Origin: Spongiibacteraceae bacterium
Lineage (GTDB): Bacteria; Pseudomonadota; Gammaproteobacteria; Pseudomonadales; CAMLJR01
Length of the DNA: 64,000 bases
NCBI GenBank assembly: GCA_043786385.1
Contig: JAYVWC010000001.1
Location: 9,250-73,249 of the forward strand
Reading direction: 5' to 3'
The notes under the pieces: generated by a model
What the model saw: the letters and a program-made list of their open reading frames with translations, nothing else
Told to the model about the DNA's origin: nothing
Database searches by the model: none
Shown: one piece after another, positions 21,350 to 32,463 of the stretch
Layout of the letters: each line of letters starts with the position of its first letter
Numbering within the stretch: the first letter of the stretch is position 1
Position numbers and translations under genes: made by a program

Positions 21350-22072
21350 ATGACGACAGCGCTGCGCGCGAATACGAATACGCTGCTGGCAATGCTGCGT
21401 AGTGCGGTTGCTTGCTGCGCATTGATCGCTGCGGCGCTGGCCGGTGCGGCGGAGGTGCAAGATCCGTATCAAATGGTGCAGGAAACGACGCAGCGCGTGT
21501 TGACGATTATTAACGAAGGTAAAGGCTACTACGATAAAGAGCCGGAACGTTTTCATCGGCAAGTCGATGTGGTGATGACTGAGGTTGTCGATTTCGATAG
21601 TTTCGCGCGCGGCGTAATGGGCCCGTACGCTAATTTGCAACGCCTACCGACCGACGCGGAAAAAACGCAGCGGCGCGATCAAATCAAGCGTTTCGCCGAA
21701 ATTTTCAAACACGGCTTGATTGAAACTTATGCGAAGGGGCTGTTGAAATTCAATGGTCAGCGCATCGAAACATTGCCGCCGCGCAAAGGCGACGATGCCG
21801 CCTCGAATGCGGTCGGCGTGGTGCAAAATATTTATGGCAGCGGCGACAAGCCCTACATCGTGCAGTACAGCATGCGCAAAAATAGCGACGGCGCTTGGAG
21901 GGTGTACAACGTGATTATTGAAGGCATCAATCTTGGTCAGACCTACCGCAATCAATTTGCGGCGGCGGTCGATCAAAATCACGGCGACATCGACAAAGTG
22001 ATCGCGGGCTGGAAAGTGGAACCGCAAAGCGCACCCGCGGTAGCCAATAATGATAAGAGTGCTGCACCGTAA
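21350..22072 (+). CDS. mlaC: Periplasmic phospholipid-binding protein MlaC (Ttg2D/toluene-tolerance family)
   Basis: 240 aa with a signal peptide. The position in the mla operon fits, and the sequence ...YRNQFAAAV... is typical of the family. Confidence 0.88.
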   Translation: MTTALRANTNTLLAMLRSAVACCALIAAALAGAAEVQDPYQMVQETTQRVLTIINEGKGYYDKEPERFHRQVDVVMTEVVDFDSFARGVMGPYANLQRLPTDAEKTQRRDQIKRFAEIFKHGLIETYAKGLLKFNGQRIETLPPRKGDDAASNAVGVVQNIYGSGDKPYIVQYSMRKNSDGAWRVYNVIIEGINLGQTYRNQFAAAVDQNHGDIDKVIAGWKVEPQSAPAVANNDKSAAP

Positions 22073-22377
22073 TGGCCGAGCATGCCGATATTACGACCAC
22101 CGCCGATACGCTGTCGCTCGTCGGCGTGCTGGGTTTTGTCTCGGTCGTCGAGTTGGCGCCGGTGGGCGTGCGTTGGTTGCAAGACCAGGCGGCTACAGTT
22201 TGCGCGGTGGATTTGCAGGCGGTCTCGTACAGCAGTAGCGCTGGCTTGGCGTTATTGTTGGCTTGGCAGCGCGCGGCTATGCAGGCCGGCAAAACGCTAC
22301 ACATCAAAAATATGCCGGCCGATATGGCGGCGCTCGCAAATGTCGGTGGCTTAGCCGAGCTGTTGCGGCAGAATTGA
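22072..22377 (+). CDS. mlaB: STAS-domain protein MlaB
   Basis: 101 aa STAS/anti-sigma-antagonist-like protein. It is the last gene of the mla operon and its start overlaps the mlaC stop. Confidence 0.85.
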   Translation: MAEHADITTTADTLSLVGVLGFVSVVELAPVGVRWLQDQAATVCAVDLQAVSYSSSAGLALLLAWQRAAMQAGKTLHIKNMPADMAALANVGGLAELLRQN

Positions 22378-22559
22378 TAGGTCCTCGCGTTGGGTTCATT
22401 CGTTTGCTTAAGCCGGTAGTCGATGTGGATTGGTCGTATCGTTGAATCGCCGCAAAAATGAGCGGCAGTTCCGCTCGGGCATTGGCCGTGGTCGCGTTGC
22501 GCTTTGGCAACCTGATAGAATGCGCCTTTTTCCATTTACCGGAGAGGATGCGCCGCTTC

Positions 22560-24118
<1,559 letters not shown>

Positions 24119-24120
24119 TT

Positions 24121-24801
24121 ATGGATCAGTCGCTCGCCAACGCCACGCTTGCGCATGCCGGTCTCACGATCGCGCTGACCAAGGGGCGCATTTTAAAAGA
24201 GACGTTGCCGCTGTTAGCTGAGGCGGGCATCGCGCCGCTCGAAGATATTGCGACTAGCCGCAAATTAATTTTTCCGACTACACAAGCCGACGTGCGTTTA
24301 GTCGTGCTGCGTGGTTCGGACGTGCCGACGTATGTGCGTCACGGTGCGGCGGACATGGGTATCTCCGGCAAAGACGTGCTGCTCGAAAACGGTGGTGCGG
24401 ATTTATACGAGCCGCTTGATCTCGGTATCGCACGCTGTCGCTTGATGACCGCCGGTTTGAAAGATCGCGCACTGCCACATGCGCGTATTCGCGTCGCCAC
24501 CAAATTCGTCAATATCGCGAAACAGCATTTCGCCGGGCGTGGCATTCAAGCGGATATCATTAAATTGTACGGCGCGATGGAGCTGGCACCGTTGATGAAT
24601 CTGGCCGATTTGATTGTCGATATTGTCGATACTGGCAATACGCTGCGCGCCAATGGCATGCAGCCGCTCGAATTAATCGCCGAAATCAGTTCGCGGTTAG
24701 TTGTGAATAAAGCCGCGATGAAATGCAAACACGCGCGCGTGCAAGCGGTGATCGAAAGTTTGCGCGTTGCAGTCGCGAAGCGTGCTGCGAGCGGAGGCTG
24801 A
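24121..24801 (+). CDS. hisG: ATP phosphoribosyltransferase (short HisG form)
   Basis: 226 aa. Contains [11 protein letters not shown] and [13 protein letters not shown] motifs and lacks the C-terminal regulatory domain. Confidence 0.92.
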   Translation: MDQSLANATLAHAGLTIALTKGRILKETLPLLAEAGIAPLEDIATSRKLIFPTTQADVRLVVLRGSDVPTYVRHGAADMGISGKDVLLENGGADLYEPLDLGIARCRLMTAGLKDRALPHARIRVATKFVNIAKQHFAGRGIQADIIKLYGAMELAPLMNLADLIVDIVDTGNTLRANGMQPLELIAEISSRLVVNKAAMKCKHARVQAVIESLRVAVAKRAASGG

Positions 24802-24805
24802 GCGA

Positions 24806-26125
24806 ATGACCGAACCCGCGTTGGCCGTTCGCCGGTTACTCGCCAGCGATGCGAATTTCGAGCCGCAGTTGGCGAAACTGTTGGCGTGGGATTCGGTATC
24901 TGATCACGCAATACACGACACCGTCGTCGATATTTTGCACGCGGTGCGCACGCGCGGCGATATCGCAGTGCTCGAATATACGCAGCGCTTCGATCGCTTG
25001 CCGATCGGCGCTGCGACTGCACTCGAATTGCCGCAGCAGCGGTTGCAGCAGGCTTTAGCTAACATTTCGCCTGAGGCGCGCGCGGCGTTAGAGTTGGCCG
25101 CCGAACGTATCCGCAACTTCCACAACCGACAAAAACAAGAATCGTGGAGTTACCGCGAAGCCGACGGTACCGTGCTGGGGCAGCAGGTCACCGCGTTGCA
25201 GCGCGTCGGTATTTACGTGCCGGGCGGCAAGGCGTCGTATCCTTCATCGGTGCTGATGAATGCGCTGCCGGCGAAAGTTGCCGGTGTTGGCGAAATTATT
25301 ATGGTGGTGCCGACACCGGGCGGCGAAAGCAGTGAATTAGTATTGGCGGCGGCGGCGCTGGCCGGTGTCGATCGCGTGTTTACCATCGGCGGCGCGCAGG
25401 CGATTGCGGCATTAGCGTACGGTACTGAAACGATACCGAAGGTCGATAAAATTGTCGGCCCCGGCAATATCTATGTCGCGACGGCCAAGCGGTTAGTATT
25501 CGGCGAAGTGGGCCTCGATATGGTGGCCGGCCCGTCGGAAATTTTAGTGATTTGCGATGGCCTCACCGATCCCGATTGGATCGCGATGGATTTATTTTCG
25601 CAGGCCGAACATGACGAAGATGCGCAATCGATTTTGCTGAGTCCGGACGCACAATTTCTCGATGCGGTGGCGACGAGCATGCAGAAATTATTGCCGACCA
25701 TGGAGCGTCGCGAAATTATTTTGGCATCGCTGAATCGACGCGGTGCATTGATTCAAGTGCGAGATTTGGCCGAGGCGGTGGCGGTCAGCAATCGCATCGC
25801 GCCCGAGCATTTGGAATTATCGGTGGCCGATCCGGCGGCGTTACTGCCGTCGATTCAGCACGCCGGTGCCATTTTCATGGGGCGCCACACAGCGGAAGCG
25901 TTAGGCGATTATTGCGCCGGGCCGAATCATGTATTGCCGACGTCGGGCACCGCGCGTTTTTCATCGCCGCTCGGTGTCTACGATTTTCAAAAACGCAGTT
26001 CGTTGATTCATTGCTCGCCGCAGGGCGCGCGCACGCTCGGGCGCGTTGCCGCGGTGTTGGCGCGCGGTGAGGCGTTGACGGCGCATGCGCGCTCGGCAGA
26101 AATGCGCATCGACGCCGATAATTAG
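24806..26125 (+). CDS. hisD: Histidinol dehydrogenase
   Basis: Within ORF 24767..26125. ATG 24806 is preceded by GGAGG. Motifs include ...[13 protein letters not shown]... and ...[10 protein letters not shown].... Confidence 0.95.
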   Translation: MTEPALAVRRLLASDANFEPQLAKLLAWDSVSDHAIHDTVVDILHAVRTRGDIAVLEYTQRFDRLPIGAATALELPQQRLQQALANISPEARAALELAAERIRNFHNRQKQESWSYREADGTVLGQQVTALQRVGIYVPGGKASYPSSVLMNALPAKVAGVGEIIMVVPTPGGESSELVLAAAALAGVDRVFTIGGAQAIAALAYGTETIPKVDKIVGPGNIYVATAKRLVFGEVGLDMVAGPSEILVICDGLTDPDWIAMDLFSQAEHDEDAQSILLSPDAQFLDAVATSMQKLLPTMERREIILASLNRRGALIQVRDLAEAVAVSNRIAPEHLELSVADPAALLPSIQHAGAIFMGRHTAEALGDYCAGPNHVLPTSGTARFSSPLGVYDFQKRSSLIHCSPQGARTLGRVAAVLARGEALTAHARSAEMRIDADN

Positions 26126-26175
26126 ATGTCGCTAATTGCCAATGGATTTCGCGAAATGATTTTGGAGAACGCAGC

Positions 26176-27273
26176 GTGAGTAACGAACGCATCCGCGCCC
26201 GTATTCAGCAATGGGTGCGCCCCGAAATTCGCGTGCTCAATCCGTATCACGTGCCGCCCGCCATCGGCATGATTAAACTCGATGCGATGGAAAATCCGTA
26301 TCGCTGGTCGGATGAAATGATCGCTGCGTGGTTGGAGAAATTGCGCGGCGCATCGATCAATCGCTATCCAGATCCGCAGGCGCCGTTAGTCAAAGACGGC
26401 TTGCGGCGCGAAATGGGCGTGCCGGCCGGGCAGGATATTTTGCTTGGCAATGGCTCCGACGAAATCATTCAAATGCTGGCACTGTTGGTGGCTGCGCGCG
26501 GGCGTTGCATTTTGGCGCCTGAGCCGGGCTTTGTGATGTATCGAATGATCGCGACGTTGACCGGTCTCGATTATGTCGGCGTGCCGCTCGACGAAAACTT
26601 TGATCTCGATTTGGAAGCAATGCTGGCAGCGGTTAAACAACATCAACCGGCATTAATTTTTCTCGCGCTGCCGAATAATCCGACCGGCAATGTGTTTGCC
26701 GTCGATCGCGTGCGCGCGGTGATCGAGGCCGCCGAAGGTTTGGTGGTACTCGACGAGGCGTACACCGCGTTCACCGATACCGATCATTTAAGTTTTGCGC
26801 AGGATTACGACAACGTGTTGATTATGCGCACGCTGTCGAAAGTGGGTTTGGCTGGTTTGCGGTTGGGTTTGTTGATCGGCGATACGGCATGGTTGACTGA
26901 AATAGAAAAAATTCGGTTGCCGTACAACATCAATGTACTCACGCAATTGAGCGCCGAATTTGCGCTCGAAAATTTTCAAGTGATTCGGCAGCAAACCGCA
27001 GCGATTCGCGCCGAGCGCGAGCGGTTGTTTTCGGAGCTGCGAAGTTTTACTGCGCTACAAGTGTGGCCGAGCGAGGCCAATTTTCTGTTGGTGCGCACGC
27101 CGGCCGGTCGCGCCCGCGAAATTTTCGAACAACTTAAGCAAGCCGGGATTTTGGTGAAATGTCTCGACGGTAGTCATCCGCAATTACAGGATTGTCTGCG
27201 ACTGACGGTCGGCGAACCCGGCGACAGCGATTTATTGCTCGCGGCATTAAAAAATAGTCTTGCGATCGTTTGA
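26176..27273 (+). CDS. hisC: Histidinol-phosphate aminotransferase
   Basis: 365 aa class-II aminotransferase with the PLP-lysine context RTLSKVGLAGLRLG. It follows hisD. Confidence 0.92.
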   Translation: MSNERIRARIQQWVRPEIRVLNPYHVPPAIGMIKLDAMENPYRWSDEMIAAWLEKLRGASINRYPDPQAPLVKDGLRREMGVPAGQDILLGNGSDEIIQMLALLVAARGRCILAPEPGFVMYRMIATLTGLDYVGVPLDENFDLDLEAMLAAVKQHQPALIFLALPNNPTGNVFAVDRVRAVIEAAEGLVVLDEAYTAFTDTDHLSFAQDYDNVLIMRTLSKVGLAGLRLGLLIGDTAWLTEIEKIRLPYNINVLTQLSAEFALENFQVIRQQTAAIRAERERLFSELRSFTALQVWPSEANFLLVRTPAGRAREIFEQLKQAGILVKCLDGSHPQLQDCLRLTVGEPGDSDLLLAALKNSLAIV

Positions 27274-27302
27274 TATCTCAGAGCATTGCAATTAAATAAT
27301 CG

Positions 27303-28424
27303 CTAGCCCGGTATTTCCGCCGCTGCGGGCCGCGTTCCGACTGTCATGTTTAAATTCAATTGCGTGCCGTTGCGCACCACGATCAGCGCGACTTTATCGC
27401 CCGGTCGCGTAGCGCCGAGCAGCGTGAGACCGGCGTGGCCGTCGCCCACCGCCTGACCATTGATTGCCAATAAAATATCGCCAGCGCGGAGCCCGGCGAG
27501 CGCGCCCGGCCCTTCGTTGTAAACGCTGGTGATCACGACACCGTTGCCGCCGCTGAGGTTGTTGGCGCTGGCGATCGTCGACGGCATGCGTTGCACTTCG
27601 ATGCCGAGCCAGCCGCGCATCGTGTGGCCGTATTCGATTAAATCCTGCATCGTGCGCAGTGCGATATCGGCCGGCGTGGCGAGGCCGATGCCGCTGGAGC
27701 CGCCGGTCTGGGTGTAGATCGCGGTGTTGATTCCCAGCAATTTGCCGCTCGCATCGATTAGCGCGCCGCCCGAGTTGCCGGGATTAATCGCGGCGTCGGT
27801 TTGGATAAAGTCTTCGTAGGTTGCGAGCCGCAAACCGTAGCGGCCGGTTGCCGATACGATGCCTTGGCTGACCGACTGGCCGAAGCCGTACGGGTTGCCG
27901 ATCGCCAACACCACATCGCCCACTCGCACCTTAGCGGTGTCGCTGATTTCAATCGGCTCTAAGTTGGGTAAATCGATTTTTAGCGCAGCCAGATCGGTTT
28001 CGGTATCGAAGCCGACCACGCGGGCCAGCGCTTCGCGACCATCGGCCAGCAGCACCAATATTTCGTCGGCGCCGTCGATGACATGGTGGTTAGTGAGCAA
28101 ATAACCGTTGCGATCGATGATGACGCCCGAGCCGAGGCTGCGCTGGGTGCGCTCTTGCTGGTTGGTGTTGTTATGATTGTAAAAGTGTTGGTAGAGCGGA
28201 TCGGTTTGCAGCGGGTTGTGCGGTGTCTGCAAGGTTTTGCGGGTGTAGATATTGACCACCGCCGGTGCGGCGCGACTCACCGCATCGGCGTAGGAGTACG
28301 GCGCACTATTCTGCGGAACGGCAACGGCCGCTTCGTGCGGCGGCTGCCAATAGGTGACAATTAATAGGCCTGCTAGAATGCCGCACACCGTTGGCCAGCC
28401 GAGAAAATGCAGCCATCTTTGCAT
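27303..28424 (-). CDS. DegS/AlgW-type periplasmic serine endoprotease (trypsin domain plus one PDZ)
   Basis: Within ORF 27303..28463. It has an N-terminal anchor, His/Asp/Ser triad contexts (LTNHHVI, DLAALKI, GNSGGALI) and a single C-terminal PDZ domain. The start at Met 28424 is likely. Confidence 0.88.
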   Translation of the reverse strand: MQRWLHFLGWPTVCGILAGLLIVTYWQPPHEAAVAVPQNSAPYSYADAVSRAAPAVVNIYTRKTLQTPHNPLQTDPLYQHFYNHNNTNQQERTQRSLGSGVIIDRNGYLLTNHHVIDGADEILVLLADGREALARVVGFDTETDLAALKIDLPNLEPIEISDTAKVRVGDVVLAIGNPYGFGQSVSQGIVSATGRYGLRLATYEDFIQTDAAINPGNSGGALIDASGKLLGINTAIYTQTGGSSGIGLATPADIALRTMQDLIEYGHTMRGWLGIEVQRMPSTIASANNLSGGNGVVITSVYNEGPGALAGLRAGDILLAINGQAVGDGHAGLTLLGATRPGDKVALIVVRNGTQLNLNMTVGTRPAAAEIPG

Positions 28425-28480
28425 GGTCGTACTCGTCGAAAATGATGGTCTCAAGACTAGCACGTCGTGCCATGTTCTGG

Positions 28481-28562
28481 CGGTAAAAAGCTCCTACGGT
28501 AAAAAGTTGGGCGTAAAAAATTAAGCTAAAAAATTAAGCTAAAAAATCGAGCTGTAAAAAAG
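28481..28562. repeat. Degenerate tandem array of six A-tract units (consensus roughly GCTAAAAAATTA, 13-16 bp)
   Basis: The units are CGGTAAAAAG, CGGTAAAAAG, GCGTAAAAAA, GCTAAAAAA, GCTAAAAAA and GCTGTAAAAAA. Their T positions are 28484, 28500, 28514, 28527, 28540 and 28555. The array lies in the divergent spacer between the DegS-like gene and the Nif3 gene. Confidence 0.8.
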
Positions 28563-28571
28563 GAGAATAGT

Positions 28572-29330
28572 GTGGCGACAACGCTCACCGAATTGGTCGC
28601 GGCTGCGGATCGATTATTGCGGCCCGAAAATTTTGCCGATTATTGTCCTAACGGTTTGCAAGTTGAGGGGCGCTCGCAGGTGCGCCGTATAGTTAGCGGG
28701 GTTACTGCGAGCTTGGCGTTGTTGGAAGCGGCCTTGGCCGCTAATGCCGATGCGATTCTGGTGCACCACGGTTATTTTTGGAAAAACGAAACGCCGCAAA
28801 TCACCGGAATCAAGCGGCGGCGCTTGCGCTTGCTGCTCGAAAACGACATTAGTTTGTTGGTCTATCATCTGCCGCTCGATGCACATCCGCAGTGGGGCAA
28901 TAACGCGCAGTTGGCAGCACAATTGGATATTGATGTGACCGGCGGTTTGCAACCCGGCGCGAATCCGATCGGCAATATTGGTCGGCTGGCGGAAGCGATG
29001 TCGCTGCAGAGTTTTGCGGATAAGGTGACGCGGCGTTTGGGGCGTGCGCCATTAGTTGTAGCCGGTGGCACACATCCGATTAATACGATCGGTTGGTGCA
29101 CGGGCGGTGCGCAATCGTATATCGAGCAGGCGGCGGTGTTGGGCGCGGATGCGTTTTTGAGCGGTGAGGTATCGGAGCAAACCGTGCATTTAGCGCGCGA
29201 GTTGGGTCTGCATTTTATCGCGGCGGGCCATCACGCGACCGAGCGCTACGGCGTCGCAGCAGTTGGTCGTTATCTGGCAACCGAACTCGGCATCGAACAT
29301 CAATTTATAGATATCGATAATCCGGCATAG
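28572..29330 (+). CDS. Nif3-family dinuclear metal centre protein (YbgI-like)
   Basis: 252 aa with a GTG start after AGGAG. Contains the ...ADAILVHHGYFW... and ...AAGHHATERYG... metal-binding motifs. Confidence 0.88.
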   Translation: MATTLTELVAAADRLLRPENFADYCPNGLQVEGRSQVRRIVSGVTASLALLEAALAANADAILVHHGYFWKNETPQITGIKRRRLRLLLENDISLLVYHLPLDAHPQWGNNAQLAAQLDIDVTGGLQPGANPIGNIGRLAEAMSLQSFADKVTRRLGRAPLVVAGGTHPINTIGWCTGGAQSYIEQAAVLGADAFLSGEVSEQTVHLARELGLHFIAAGHHATERYGVAAVGRYLATELGIEHQFIDIDNPA

Positions 29331-29373
29331 TGCTGCGTTGGTGTTTAGTAAGTGCTGCGTTGGTGCTTAGTAA
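29330..29373. repeat. 22-bp perfect-but-one tandem duplication
   Basis: GTGCTGCGTTGGTGTTTAGTAA (29330-29351) and GTGCTGCGTTGGTGCTTAGTAA (29352-29373). The first base is the last base of the Nif3 gene's TAG stop codon, and the second copy contains the yhcB stop codon. Confidence 0.9.
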
Positions 29374-29831
29374 AAGCGCGGTGGCTCGGTCGATTGGCGC
29401 TGCGTTTTTTCTAAGCCGAAATCTTCGTCGAGCACGCCTTTATCGTACGGACTGGATTTGAGCGCGTAGTCGCGCGGCGCTTCGATAAAGGCTGGCGTTT
29501 GCTCCTCTAACACCGGCTCTTGTTCGGGTAGCGGGCGCAGCACTTTCACTGCGCCGGCATCGCAGAGCTCTACTGAGCCGTTTGCCAAATGGTTATGCAC
29601 CTCGCGATAGCTATTGGCCAGCAGACCGAGCAGGTCTGCAGTTTTATTAAAGTGCGCGTTTACGTCGTAGCGATAATGCCGGTGCTGTTCTTGCAGTGCA
29701 TGCAGCTGTTGTTCCAGTTCGCGATTGCGACGCGGTACTGGATGCAAATATTGATACACGAAGTAGCCGAGCGCGGCGCCGACTGCGGTGGCGACAAGGG
29801 CGATGATCCAAACTGCAGTAATGCTGTACAC
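29367..29831 (-). CDS. yhcB: YhcB/ZapG-family inner membrane protein (DUF1043)
   Basis: Within ORF 29367..30044. GTG at 29831 is preceded by GAGG. It has an N-terminal TM helix (VWIIALVATAVGAALGYFVY) and then a coiled coil (ELEQQLHALQEQHRHYRYDVNAHFNKTADLL). It is adjacent to zapE, as in E. coli. Confidence 0.8.
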   Translation of the reverse strand: MYSITAVWIIALVATAVGAALGYFVYQYLHPVPRRNRELEQQLHALQEQHRHYRYDVNAHFNKTADLLGLLANSYREVHNHLANGSVELCDAGAVKVLRPLPEQEPVLEEQTPAFIEAPRDYALKSSPYDKGVLDEDFGLEKTQRQSTEPPRFY

Positions 29832-30037
29832 AACAACCTCCTGGCAAAGCTTCACAGATGATGAGCGCTTTCGATAAGTATACTGGCTAATTCGCAAAGT
29901 GTTCAGCGCTGCTCGGTGGAAATATTGTGCAGCGAAAATATTGCGAGGCCTGCGCGGGGCGCGGCGAAAATTGCCAAGCTCGTTGTGGCTCGGTAAAGTT
30001 GCGGCCTTTGCGCGCCGGGCACTGGTGTCGTCCACAC

Positions 30038-30054
30038 CTGGCACGTCTGCTGCT
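30038..30054 (+). promoter_or_regulatory. Sigma-54 (-24/-12)-like motif upstream of zapE
   Basis: CTGGCACGTCTGCTGCT compared with the consensus YTGGCACGR-N3-TTGCW. GG and GC are correctly spaced. It lies in the intergenic region, in the same orientation as zapE and about 46 nt upstream of its start. Confidence 0.3.
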
Positions 30055-30099
30055 AACTAAATTAATTAGCTTGCTGGTTTGCCTCTTACAGGTTTTGTT

Positions 30100-31206
30100 G
30101 TGACTCCGCTAGAACGTTATCACGCCGATCTACAAAAGCCGGGCTTCGAGCGCGATGCTGCACAGTTGCGCGCCGTTGAGCATTTGCAGGCGCTTTATGT
30201 TGCATTGGTGGCGGCCGATGCCGCTGCGCAAGCTCAGAGTGGATGGGCGCGCTGGTTCGATCGCTGGCGACAGCCAAAAAATCTGGCGCCGATTCGCGGC
30301 TTGTATTTTTGGGGTGGAGTGGGGCGCGGTAAAACCTATTTAATGGATACGTTCTACGACACGCTGCCGTTCCCGCGCAAGCTGCGGGCGCATTTTCATC
30401 GCTTTTTGCAGCGTGTGCATCGCGAATTAAAAGAGTTGAGCGGTGCAAAAAATCCGCTGCAATTAATCGCCGATCGCTTGGCGACGGAAACGCGCGTCAT
30501 TTGTTTCGACGAGTTTTTTGTTTCCGATATCGCCGATGCGATGATTTTGGCGGGCTTGTTTCAGGCGTTGTTCGAGCGCGGCGTTTCGTTGGTCGCGACC
30601 TCGAATATCGAACCCGATGGTCTGTATAAAGACGGCTTGCAGCGCGCGCGGTTTTTGCCGGCGATTGCATTGCTAAAGCAGCACACGGTAGTGCTGAATG
30701 TCGATGGTGGCACCGATTATCGCTTGCGCGCACTCGAAAAAGCCGAGCTTTATCATTGCCCGCTCGATAGCGCGGCGAATGCCGGCTTGCTGCGCAGTTT
30801 TACCGCGTTGGCACCTGAAGCGGGTATCGAAAATCAGCAATTGGAGATCGAAGGGCGCACGATTCGCGCGCTGTGGGTGGCGGACGATGTGGTGTGGTTC
30901 GACTTTGTCGAGCTTTGCGATGGCCCGCGCAGCCAGAATGATTACATCGAGCTGGCGCGCGGTTATCATGCGGTGCTGATCGGCAATGTTCCGCAAATGG
31001 GCGGCGATCGTGAAGATCAGGCGCGCCGCTTTATCAATTTGGTCGACGAATTCTATGATCGCAACGTCAAGCTGGTGTTGGCGGCGGCGGTGCCGCTGGA
31101 GCAGTTGTATGCCGGCGGGCGTTTAAGTTTCGAGTTTGAGCGCACCAAAAGCCGGTTGTTGGAAATGCAGTCGCACGAGTATTTGGCGCGCGAACATTTA
31201 CCCTAA
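30100..31206 (+). CDS. zapE: Cell division protein ZapE (AFG1-like ATPase)
   Basis: ORF 30079..31206. The likely start is GTG 30100 (MTPLERYHADLQ...). The Walker A motif is YFWGGVGRGKTYLMD. Confidence 0.9.
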   Translation: MTPLERYHADLQKPGFERDAAQLRAVEHLQALYVALVAADAAAQAQSGWARWFDRWRQPKNLAPIRGLYFWGGVGRGKTYLMDTFYDTLPFPRKLRAHFHRFLQRVHRELKELSGAKNPLQLIADRLATETRVICFDEFFVSDIADAMILAGLFQALFERGVSLVATSNIEPDGLYKDGLQRARFLPAIALLKQHTVVLNVDGGTDYRLRALEKAELYHCPLDSAANAGLLRSFTALAPEAGIENQQLEIEGRTIRALWVADDVVWFDFVELCDGPRSQNDYIELARGYHAVLIGNVPQMGGDREDQARRFINLVDEFYDRNVKLVLAAAVPLEQLYAGGRLSFEFERTKSRLLEMQSHEYLAREHLP

Positions 31207-31229
31207 TTTATTTTTGACGTAAGTTGCAC

Positions 31230-31258
31230 TTGAAAGGGGGTGGGTACTTCTGTAGTAT
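31230..31258 (+). promoter_or_regulatory. Candidate sigma-70 promoter for rplM-rpsI
   Basis: TTGAAA (31230-31235), a 17 nt spacer, then TAGTAT (31253-31258), about 60 nt upstream of the rplM ATG. Confidence 0.5.
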
Positions 31259-31318
31259 TCGCGTCCTTGTTGGAACAGGCCGCTCCATTTTGTCGAGCTC
31301 GGCCCTTGAGGCGAAAAA

Positions 31319-31747
31319 ATGAAAACCTTCAGTGCAAAACCTGATGCTGTGCAGCGCGACTGGTTCATCGTCGATGCGGCCGGCAAAACTTTGGGCCGTC
31401 TGGCCGCCGAAATCGCATTGCGGTTGCGCGGCAAGCACAAGCCTGAATACACCCCGCATGTTGACACGGGCGATTACATCGTCGTCGTCAATGCCGAGAA
31501 AATTCAGGTCACCGGCAAAAAAGCTAGCGACAAAATCTACTACAGCCACTCGGAGTTTCCGGGCGGTATCAAAGGCATTAGCTTTGAGAAGCTGATCGAT
31601 AAGGCGCCGACCCGCGTTTTAGAAATCGCTGTGAAAGGCATGTTGCCGCACAACCCGCTCGGCCGCGCCATGTATAGAAAGCTTAAAGTGTATGCTGGCA
31701 CCGAGCATCCGCACAGCGCGCAACAGCCGCAATCCCTGAATATTTAA
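31319..31747 (+). CDS. rplM: 50S ribosomal protein L13
   Basis: 142 aa starting [20 protein letters not shown]..., unmistakably L13. Confidence 0.98.
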   Translation: MKTFSAKPDAVQRDWFIVDAAGKTLGRLAAEIALRLRGKHKPEYTPHVDTGDYIVVVNAEKIQVTGKKASDKIYYSHSEFPGGIKGISFEKLIDKAPTRVLEIAVKGMLPHNPLGRAMYRKLKVYAGTEHPHSAQQPQSLNI

Positions 31748-31755
31748 CGGAAACG

Positions 31756-32154
31756 ATGACTATGTCTGCCTCGCAATACTATGGTACTGGCCGCCGCAAA
31801 ACCGCCACCGCGCGGGTTTATTTGCAAGCGGGTAGCGGTAATATCGTGATCAACGATCGCACTATCGATCAATATTTTGGCCGCGAAGTCGCGCGCATGA
31901 TCGTGCGTCAGCCGCTGGAAAAAGTCGATTTAGTGAATAAATTCGACGTGATGGTATCGGTGGTCGGCGGCGGCAGCTTCGGTCAAGCCGGCGCGATTCG
32001 GCACGGCATTACGCGTGCGTTGATGCAATACGACGAAACGTTGCGTCCGCCATTGCGTCAGGCTGGTTACGTGACTCGCGATGCGCGTGAAGTCGAGCGG
32101 AAAAAAGTCGGTCTGCGCAAAGCGCGCAAACGTCCACAGTACTCGAAGCGCTAG
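31756..32154 (+). CDS. rpsI: 30S ribosomal protein S9
   Basis: About 130 aa with [17 protein letters not shown]... and the C-terminal ...[12 protein letters not shown]. Confidence 0.98.
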   Translation: MTMSASQYYGTGRRKTATARVYLQAGSGNIVINDRTIDQYFGREVARMIVRQPLEKVDLVNKFDVMVSVVGGGSFGQAGAIRHGITRALMQYDETLRPPLRQAGYVTRDAREVERKKVGLRKARKRPQYSKR

Positions 32155-32210
32155 TACTCGCAATGCTGGGCGCTGTGCATGTCGCTGCGTGCGATGTGCG
32201 AGCGCTGCTG

Positions 32211-32247
32211 AAAACGTCCTCGGGCATATCCGCAGGGCGTTTTTTTA
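32211..32247 (+). terminator. Rho-independent terminator after rpsI
   Basis: AAAACGTCCTCGG-GCATAT-CCGCAGGGCGT forms a stem of about 10 bp with one bulge and one G-U pair. It is followed by a run of seven T residues. Confidence 0.75.
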
Positions 32248-32463
32248 TGGGCGCTTGTTGAGTTTGCATTTATAAAAAGCGTGTTGCGTTGTATCCACAA
32301 GCCGTACAATGAATGTGGGATTTCTAGGTTTTGTCCTTGTAACGTGTAGGTAATTTCTTTACCATTTCGCGCATTTATTTTTCCGCATAAGCAATTGATT
32401 TTTTTACTCTCGAGATCACTCTCGAGCCGCATTTCAGCAAGTTTGTAATGGGAGAGTTACGCC

